A stretch of DNA of 64,000 bases from Pelomyxa schiedti (taxonomy: Eukaryota > Protista > Evosea). Location: contig JAHLWZ010000596.1 in assembly GCA_020536535.1 (NCBI GenBank), forward strand, positions 37,369 to 101,368, in the 5' to 3' direction. Under the pieces are notes generated by a model. That model saw nothing but the letters and a program-made list of their open reading frames with translations. It was not told where the DNA came from and searched no databases. This document shows positions 12,924 to 21,201 of this stretch, in pieces. The first letter of the stretch is position 1. Each line of letters starts with the position of its first letter. A program made the position numbers and the translations under genes.

Positions 12924-13023
12924 TGTGCGGAGGTCGTGAAGAGGCGTGTGGAGAATTCTCTTTTATTATGTTCGGTCTGTGGCCTTAAAAGGACCCACAA
13001 TTAGTCACCATCACCTCAGCACA
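12924..13023 (-). repeat. 3' LTR of the TRIM (100 bp)
   Basis: TG...CA termini. Contains AATAAA on the minus strand. Identical to 13348-13447. Confidence 0.92.
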
Positions 13024-13024
13024 A

Positions 13025-13038
13025 CCTCCCACCTGCTC
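13025..13038 (-). promoter_or_regulatory. Polypurine tract GAGCAGGTGGGAGG
   Basis: Purine-rich run directly upstream of the 3' LTR on the minus strand, preceded by the hairpin TGTTGCG-AGGA-CGCAACA (13043-13060). Confidence 0.7.
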
Positions 13039-13332
13039 AAGATGTTGCGTCCTCGCAACACCACTCCACTCCCATAAGTGCCACTTGGCCTTCCCGCACA
13101 GCACATCCTTTCTGCTTTTGTTGATACTGTGACCTGCTGCGCGCCTCGATGGTTCTATTTTGACCACCCCTTTTGCCAGCCTGCCACCGCTCCTTGAGCC
13201 GTCTAGCGCACTGCACGAGCACCAAGCATCGCCGACTCAAGTAGAGCATGTCGCGCCACGCACTCATCAGAGCAGATGTCGTTCTTGACTCACCGTCGCA
13301 GGGGTTGATGTCGGAGAGATCATGAACTACCT

Positions 13333-13343
13333 CGATGCTACCA
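13333..13343 (-). promoter_or_regulatory. Primer-binding site TGGTAGCATCG (initiator tRNA-Met type)
   Basis: Starts with TGG. Complementary to a tRNA 3' end ...GCU-A-CCA, the acceptor end typical of eukaryotic initiator tRNA-Met. Confidence 0.75.
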
Positions 13344-13347
13344 TAAT

Positions 13348-13447
13348 TGTGCGGAGGTCGTGAAGAGGCGTGTGGAGAATTCTCTTTTATTATGTTCGGT
13401 CTGTGGCCTTAAAAGGACCCACAATTAGTCACCATCACCTCAGCACA
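13348..13447 (-). repeat. 5' LTR of the TRIM (100 bp)
   Basis: Identical to 12924-13023. Followed on the minus strand by the PBS after a 4-nt spacer. Confidence 0.92.
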
Positions 13448-13708
13448 CCAACCCAACTTATCCAGAAACACAACTCTGGTACAGTTTCCCGCATTCACTG
13501 AAGATGAGGTCTAACAACCCTTCATACCGCCAGTTCTGCGAGTTTGACGACAATGAGACTTTAATTCAGACAATCTTGTTCCTCTTCAGTTAAGGTTTCT
13601 GATTACAGATTTCGCGCAACGCCCAACAGGCAAAAAACCAAAATCATCACAAAAAGCAGCGGTTTTTCGCGTACTCCAGCTAACAGATTTTTCAATAACC
13701 CTTAACGC

Positions 13709-15370
13709 ATGACTGACAGCGCATCCACGGCATGGTCCTATCTGTTATCGTCGGTCGACGGATCTACGGAGGCCGCCAGCTCTCAAGCCAAGTTGCTCCT
13801 GCTGATAAACAAACTGGCCTCGTCAAACAGGATAACTGATGAGGAGAAAGCAAAGTTCAAAACGGCCGTGCTCGCCCTCGATGGGAGCAAGTCAGGTGGT
13901 GCTTTTTTTTTTTTTTTTTGTTCAATAGATATTACTATTTCGGAACGGCAGCTATGGTGTTATGATTAATCGTTGTTACAGCAGAATCGTGGGAAGCTGT
14001 AAAGGGCAGCATGCAGGGATTGTTGCAGGAATTGAAAGATATTGTTCTTACTCCGCCGTGGGTAGAACAGAGCTTCCAACAACAAAATCTCTTCCAGTCT
14101 CCACAGCAGTCTTTATTTCTAAATCAACAAGCCTCGTTATTTCCTTCTACACAGCAATCCTCTTTGTTTCCCTCTGCACAGCAGACCTCTTTGTTTCCCT
14201 CTCCACAACAATCCACTTCGTTTCCAACTCAACAGCAGTCATCTTTATTCCCATCTCAACAAACCTCTTTGTTTCCCTCTCCACAACAATCGTCTTTATT
14301 TCCGCCTGCGCAGACTGTTGCATGCACCCCGTCAACTCTCTTCCCGTCAACGCAGCCAAATACGTTTCAACAGCAACCTGTTCAGCAGTCACCAGGGATC
14401 GGTTTCCGAAGTGCGAATCCATTCCCCGTTGCCACCCAACCTCCCCCTGCTACAGGTATCTAGAACTTCTTGTAATTTTATTAAAGCTCGTCCCAGAGGA
14501 TACCCCCTCTCCTTCGTCGGCCACGGAGACTTATAAATGTCCATACTTGAATACTTCGGCTGAATCCTCCATTCCAACATTCAAGGTAGTGCTTGTGGGG
14601 GACGGTGGAGTGGGTCTGTACCCATTATTACGTAGTTTACATGTTAACTCTACAAAGGTAAATCCACATATTTCGAAAGACTAAGTGGTATTTTCTCTAC
14701 AATAGAATGACTCTTTCATCTGTTTTTAGAGGGCACCTTTCGCAAAGTGTATATTCCCACCCTGGGGGTTGAGGTTCGCCCCATTACTTTCAACACGAGC
14801 AACGGTCCCATTCGGTTTAACTGCTGGGTTCTTGCCCCTTTTAGTTGCGATTGTGTTAACCCCAACAGGATTGTGCTGGTCTAGAAAAGTTTGGCGGTCT
14901 GAGGGATGGTTACTTTATTGGTGTGTCCTCTCAAAACCACGTCCTCACTAAAAGGATTATAGGTGGCCATGCAGCAATGCTCTTCTTTGATCTTACCTCT
15001 CGGTTAACACTTCAAACTACGTCTCGATGGCACCACGACATTGTTCGAGTCTGTGAAGCAATACCCGCAGTGGTATATCCCTAACTTTCGAAATTCTCGT
15101 AAGTAAATGATTCTTCAATGTAGATGGTAGCTACAAAAACCGATATTCCCACCTACAGGAAGATTACAGAGGATGACATTATTGAGGATGCCGAGGTTAT
15201 TCCCCACATACTAAGCACCCGTTTTCAAATATTCCTTTTCCAAAAAGAAAAAGAATCTGCCGTATACTGAAATCAGCTCCAAGACACACACAAACCTCGA
15301 AGAGCCCTTCTTAATTCTCGCGAGAGCCCTCACACATAACCCCTCTCTCACTTTCGTTAGCCAGCCTTGA
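13709..15370 (+). CDS. Divergent Ran-like GTPase with a long N-terminal extension (helical region plus SLFP/Q repeats); Q69L-equivalent; no acidic tail
   Basis: Spliced G domain: [111 protein letters not shown]. Upstream exons join in frame through GT-AG introns. Confidence 0.85.
14080..14350 (+). repeat. Coding tandem repeat of about 27-30 nt units encoding (Q)QxSLFPS(x)
   Basis: Repeated tctttgtttccctct/tctttattcccatct units. The peptide has about 10 LF-core repeats. Confidence 0.85.
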
Positions 15371-15565
15371 CCGTCTTGTGTTTACCTTGTATCACTTTCA
15401 AAACAAACCTTGTCCCACATAACACTTCCGAAGCGAAAAAATTACCCGAAAAGCTGAAACGAAAAACAAAAAAAAACCCACCAAAGGCGACACGGTTGAT
15501 TTTTTTATTTTTTCTTTTGCCAGGCAACAAACACACCCGGACGTTCCTCGAGTTTATTTCCTCCT

Positions 15566-17972
15566 ATGGCAGCCAATCCCCCACCAGCTCACGCCCCACC
15601 GGTGGCACACCCCCCAGCTGCCCCATCAGCAATTGTAACGACTGAGGACGTAAAGAGGATCCCTTTTGGTCCTTCCGAAATTTCTGCAGACGAAATCGAG
15701 GTACATTGTGGGGCACACGATTTGCGTTTTTTTTTCCCCCCCCCTGCCTCGTGAGATTATTTGGAGGCTTTTCTACTAGTTATTTGACTCTGACATTTAT
15801 GTTGTTTGCAGTTTTTGTATGAACTGGGGCATGGTGGTTTTGGAAGTGTATGGGCAGGAACTTGCCGCAGACAAAATGTGGCTATTAAACGATTGCATGG
15901 TGAAAATCGACCTATAAGCAGGGACGACTTTGAGAAAGAAATGAAAATTATGAGGTGTGTATCCAATGCAGCGTTATATTTAATTTTAATCATTTCCATG
16001 CCAACTGTAGCATGCTTGCTCATGCCAATGTTTGCCAGTATCTGGGGTCGAGTAGACGTGGTCACGAGCTTCTTATTGTTATGGAATTACTTCCAAAGGG
16101 AGACTTAGCCTCTTTGATGCACAAGTATGTTGTCATCTTGCTTTTGGAGCAAGTAAAACTAAACAAGCGCAATTCTAACAGGGAGGAATTGTCTCTTCAC
16201 CTACGATTGAAAATGGCATGTGATGCAGCCCATGGATTAGTGTGGCTACACAAAAATAACCCAGTTATTCTTCACCGGTTTAACCATCTCTTCTTCTACA
16301 TCCTTGTTCATTTCAGAGGTCTAATGTTCTCATAGTGATTTAAAGACAAGCAACCTTCTTGTTGACGAGCATTATCGAGTCAAGCTGTGTGGTACGTACT
16401 CACAAAATTAAGCTCTAGATAGAATGTAACTTATCACAAAGACTTTGGCTTGTCTGGCCTGAAACCAGTCGGAAAGCACTTAGAATCAGGAAAAATTGGA
16501 ACGCCTGTTTACTCTGGTGTGTCTTGAACTGTAAGTTAATTCAGATTAATTGCCCTTAGCCCCTGAAATATACTTGCGCCAAGAAGAGTATTCAACCAAG
16601 GTTGGGAGATTTGTACTTTAATCCTTGGTTCATGGATTTAGGCTGATGTGTATTCATTTGGCATATGTCTATGGGAGATTGCCACCAAAGTAGAGCCATT
16701 CCCCCAAATTCAAACAGAGCAAGGTTTTAACATAAAGCACCAGAACACTCCTCTAATCCATTTCTTAACAAAAAGAATTCAAGATCATACTTCAGGCAGG
16801 AACACGACCAGATGTAACCAATATTTCTCCTCCATCCTTAGTAAGACTGATGCAAGATTGCTGGAAACCTGTATGCTACATAGTAGTGTTTGATCACTAA
16901 TTTTTTAAGAACCCTGCCGAACGACCAGACTTTGACGAAATCATCCAAAGGTTGTTAATTTTACATGCTCTATCTATTACTAAATTTAGTATCAGACTTG
17001 AAGCCATTTGCGTTGATTGTGTGGTCTTTGACCGGTGGGCCAATGAATTCTGGCTTACGTATGTAAATACTTGTATACTTTCTGTTTTCTCACTATTCTT
17101 TGTATAGACTTTTCCGAGGAAGGGTGTGTTCACTTTTCTTTTCCACTAAATATAATTGTTTTTAGGATACTGTTCCATGGACAGAGTTTTGGAATAGTTT
17201 TGCCATCTCGGCAGGAGTCCAAACGGGAGCCACCAAGCAAGCTTCATGCCTGCGTTTAATTTTATGTAATTTCCCCGTTTTTGTGTTCTATTTTCAAACC
17301 GACTTGCATCAGGTGGTCCAAACAAAAATCAAGTATCCATTGAAAATTGGGGAAGATTACTCTCGTCATTTGGTCCGGGAGATACAAATCTTCTAAGAAG
17401 AGTAAGAATATGGCCCTTTTCCGAAGCTAATTTTTATCAAATTAGGTTCATGATCTCTGTCAAGAACCATATTTCCATGGGGAAATAACAACCAAGGAAG
17501 CTGTTGATAAACTAGTGGGTTTGGAAAGTGGCTCTTTTCTCGTTCGATTCAGTCAGCAGCCTGGATTCTTTGCTATATCCCTCAAGGAAGCCGACGGCAG
17601 AATAACTCATTACAGGTAATACTACATTTACCTTTTCATTAAACTGATCCTATTTTTTCCACCCAGGGTGGAAATGGTGGGTTCCAGAGCAGTTTTAGAT
17701 GGAAATGCATATGACAGTGTCAGAGCACTTGTATGACTATTTTACGTTGCACTCTGAACTCATCAAAACAATCGATACAGGTCAGGGCATATGCTACAAT
17801 TCTGCATACCCCTTGCAAGGGCTCAATGTTTTCATCCATTTTTGTGGACAATGCCTCTTCTATGTACGCTGCAGACAAACTAAGTGCAGGTCCAAGTGCT
17901 ACACTCCTGTCAAGACCTGCTGAAGAAACACCTGCCAACACAACACCCACACCAACACCTTCCAAACACTGA
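15566..17972 (+). CDS. TKL-group dual-specificity kinase with C-terminal SH2 domain (Shk family)
   Basis: LGHGGFGSV, VAIK, HRDLKTSN (spliced), DFGLS, GTPVYSAPE and DVYSFGICLWE. SH2 region YFHGEI...GSFLVRFS..PGFFAIS. Tail PCKGSMFSSIF. Confidence 0.88.
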
Positions 17973-18020
17973 GTCCAAAAAAACTTGTAGCAACTTTATT
18001 TTGGTTTTTAAATACATGAA

Positions 18021-19130
18021 TTACGGCTTCTTTGCTTTCCCTTGTCGTACCAGTGCTTGTAGAAACTTTTTTACACCAAGGGGACCCTGTGCTGTTGGGT
18101 CCAGTTTAAATTCAATAAGCATTGACGCTACTTGTCCTTAAAAACCGATAAGCGAAAGTAGAAAAAGAAAGAGGGAAAAACCTGATCTTATTGCATATTG
18201 CAGGACATCCATGGTTTGCGCTAACTGAGGACTCCTGAGGAGCTCCCCTAGTCCCTTCAGGTTTCTTTCCTCTGTGTATGAATTAACTGAGAAGAATTAA
18301 TATACGATTCAATTACCTTCAGGGAGAAACTGATACAAAGCCTGTGCTATTTCTGGACGACGGGTCATAATATCGATTACCTGGGGAGCGGGAAACGAGG
18401 AGTTAGAAATGACAAGACATAATAAACACCCAGAGAGACAACAAAATTCCTCCGGCAAACCTTGGAAGGCACAACAACAGAAGTGAGTTCCAAGTCCTCC
18501 TCCAAAGCCATATCAGGTGGTAACTGTATAGCAGCAGCCAAACTCTGCAAAGCAGCCAAGTTCGCAGCATAGCTATTTGGGCCACCAGAAGAAGAAGAAG
18601 CCGGGGGCGCAACGCCAAGCAGAGCGTTCGTGAGTGCATCCTCAGGTGACAGCGAAAAAGGGGGAGGCATTGCCGGAGGGGGGCTGACGAGGGGGTCGGT
18701 CAGGGCACCCTGGAGCATGTGAATGTCTTCAGAGTCGCGCTCTGGCCGGTCTTGGTGCCAGAAAAAAAGCCTCTGGGTGCTCTTGGTCCAGCTGAGAACA
18801 AATGACCGGCGGCTGGGCACCGTTTTGACCTCAACTTCGCCTGGTAAGCATGTAGCCAGGTCCTCAATTTTGCCAGTCAAGGTGTCTCTCCAGCAAAGTT
18901 TCTTGTGGGAGCAGTCGGTCGGTGTTGCAACAATAACACACAAAAAACCAATGGTGCAAAACAAATTAAACTGTAACAAAGGGGGAAAAAAAAAATAGTC
19001 TTTCCAAGGAGAAGTGAAAATGTACAATGCTTATTGGGGTCCTTGTGACAAGCAACACCCCTTGTTTGGGATCAGGAACCACGTTGTTGGTGCCTGGGGC
19101 CTTGAACAGTCTCCCTGCCTTCACCTCCAT
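18021..19130 (-). CDS. RPN13: Proteasomal ubiquitin receptor Rpn13/ADRM1
   Basis: Pru domain MEVKAGRLF...VVPDPKQGVL...LCWRD...RSFVL...RLFFWHQD. C-terminal UCH37-binding-like region LRSPQLAQTMDVLQYAIRSG...GVKKFLQAL. Confidence 0.85.
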
Positions 19131-19779
19131 TTAGAAAAGGGCGAATAATTAGATTAGGAATTGGTGATGAGAAACTTGTTCCGCGAAACCCAGATTTTCT
19201 GTGTCGAAGTACGAAACCGAACAACAGGCCCGCCTCTTGGTGGGTGTTGTTGAGCAGATCGACGAGGGACTCGTGAGGCACTCGTCGCAACCCATCGTGG
19301 TTCTCGCCCGCAACACCAACAACATAACAGCATGCAACGACTGTTATCGATGCCGTACGAGCTGGGCTACTTCCTGACACCAACTCAGTCAAATGCGAAC
19401 AGGAAAGCACAGGGTCGGCTACGGCTGGGGATCGGGCTCGGACCAGTGAGCGGGACTCGGAGGGAGCCGCCACCCGCCCAGGCAGAGAGAACGGCCTAGC
19501 AGCAGCTACCGAATTGTGGGATTATAGACCGAGTGGGCGAGTACGTCAGCGCCGCCCGCGGGCGAGATTGATACCGCTGAGGCTTGCTCTTCGATGCTCG
19601 TTGTTGCCCGCGGCACTGCGAATTCTGAGCGGATACCGCCATTGATTGTGAGTTCCATGAAGTTTTATAGCTGTGGACTCACAACAACTCCAAGTAGGGG
19701 GAATGATTTCTTTGGGCTCTGCCTTTCACCGGCTCGGTGAAAACTGTGATTCGGCAGAAGTAACTATTTGGCAATGACA

Positions 19780-20225
19780 GGTATTTAATGACACTGCACT
19801 CCGCGTTTGTGATGACTGATGCGAGTTCCTTTCAGTTGGCTGTAAAGTAGCTCCTTCAGTCCACTATCGCACTTCCAGAATCACTACAACCACGAGTTGG
19901 ACCCAATGGCTTCGATTGTGTTATTATAGACCCACCATGGAAGAATAAAAGTGCCCACCGAGCACATGTTTACCGCACCCTGATGACAAGCTATCGGCAC
20001 TGCCCGTAGCCGGTCTGCTCATACCACACTCTCTTGTGGCAGTGTGGTAACAGGCTCTGGGAGTTCACTACCCAAACACTCTTTTCTCACTGCGGATTGT
20101 AGTACCTCCTTCGCGGAATTAGTATGCCCGGTGCCATCCCCCACAAGGAGCCCTACAACCAGTGGCCGTTGGAATTACCCCGTGCGGCGCTCCAACCTGG
20201 ACGAAGTGCTCCTCCAATCTCCCAT
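19780..20225 (+). pseudogene. Decayed MT-A70 family (METTL4-like) N6-adenine methyltransferase
   Basis: Collinear fragments in shifting frames: YLMTLHSAFVMTDAS, GFDCVIIDPPWKNKSAHR, LPVAGLL..SLVAVW, ELVCPVPS/PHKEPY, LEL...LQPG and DEVLLQ. Several frameshifts and deletions. Confidence 0.75.
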
Positions 20226-20650
20226 CTACTGCAGCACCACCCATCACCTCATGATCACTGGGTCTCACTTCAACAAACATCATTCCCAAGGGTTTACGGC
20301 AACAACTGTGACTACCCTAGTCAAGTTGTTGTCCCTTTGCTCAACGTCATTCCCCATTTGTAATGTCCACGTTACCTCATTTTGCCACTACAACCTCCAA
20401 GTTGGGTTCATCAGGAGGGCCAAATTGTTTCCAAACGAGAGGCAAGTACTGCTCACTAAGTCCAACACCGTGCCGACGAAACATAACGACATGGGGTCAT
20501 TTATAACAACAGAACTGCGTACCTCTGGGAGTAAAACTTTTTGGCGCCAAAATTTTCACCTTTTAAGGGAAAATTTTGAGGCAAAATTAACAATTAAAAA
20601 AAAAAGGAGGAACAACCAGCAAAGAAGAGGCGGCTAACAGACAGCAGTGC

Positions 20651-20811
20651 AGTGCATTTGGAGCGGTGGTGCATTTGGAGAGTGGTTGCAGTTTGGTAGC
20701 ATTTGGAGCGGCGCATTTGGGTGCATTTGGGAGCAGCAAGGCGCATTTGGGAGCATTTGGGGGAGCAAAGAGTGGGTGGTTTGGGAGCAAGCATTTTGGG
20801 AGCATCTGGGT
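20651..20811. repeat. Irregular cluster of GCATTTGG motifs (about 7 exact and 2 variant copies)
   Basis: Seen directly in non-coding DNA. Confidence 0.8.
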
Positions 20812-21201
20812 GGTGCAGGCATCATTTTTGGGGATAGTGGGGTGGGATACATAATATCATCCATTCTGCTGATAGATAATACAGGCGGGGGAAAATATTA
20901 TTAATTCCTCGTGCTCAGCACCACCCTCACTCAGTGAGGGTGAAGAGGTTCCCCTACAAGCCGCCTCTCTATTGCACAGAGAGGAGAGCGCTAAATGCCT
21001 GCTATCAGAGTCAATTAATTAAATTTGTGGTTAAAATTACGTCAAGCAATTTTTTCTATGAACACAGTATAAACTCGCCAACAGTGAATTTGGAGCTGTT
21101 TTACAGCTATGTGTTCCAGGTGTACCTCTCGTGGCGTATCACCAACCGACAAAAAAGCAGCGAACAACGATGAAAATTAATTTATTTTTGTACTAAGTTA
21201 C

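Larger units (their letters stand above)
12924..13447 (-). mobile_element. Non-autonomous miniature LTR retrotransposon (TRIM), 524 bp, probably Ty3/Gypsy-derived
   Basis: Identical 100-bp direct repeats at 12924-13023 and 13348-13447 with TGTGC...GCACA ends. 5-bp TSD CCAAC at 12919-12923 and 13448-13452. PBS and PPT lie in the correct order on the minus strand. Confidence 0.92.

Noticed and set aside
12924-13447. Direct repeats as a CRISPR array or simple tandem duplication
   Set aside because: Only two 100-bp copies in a eukaryotic context. TG..CA ends, TSD, PBS and PPT explain them as LTRs.
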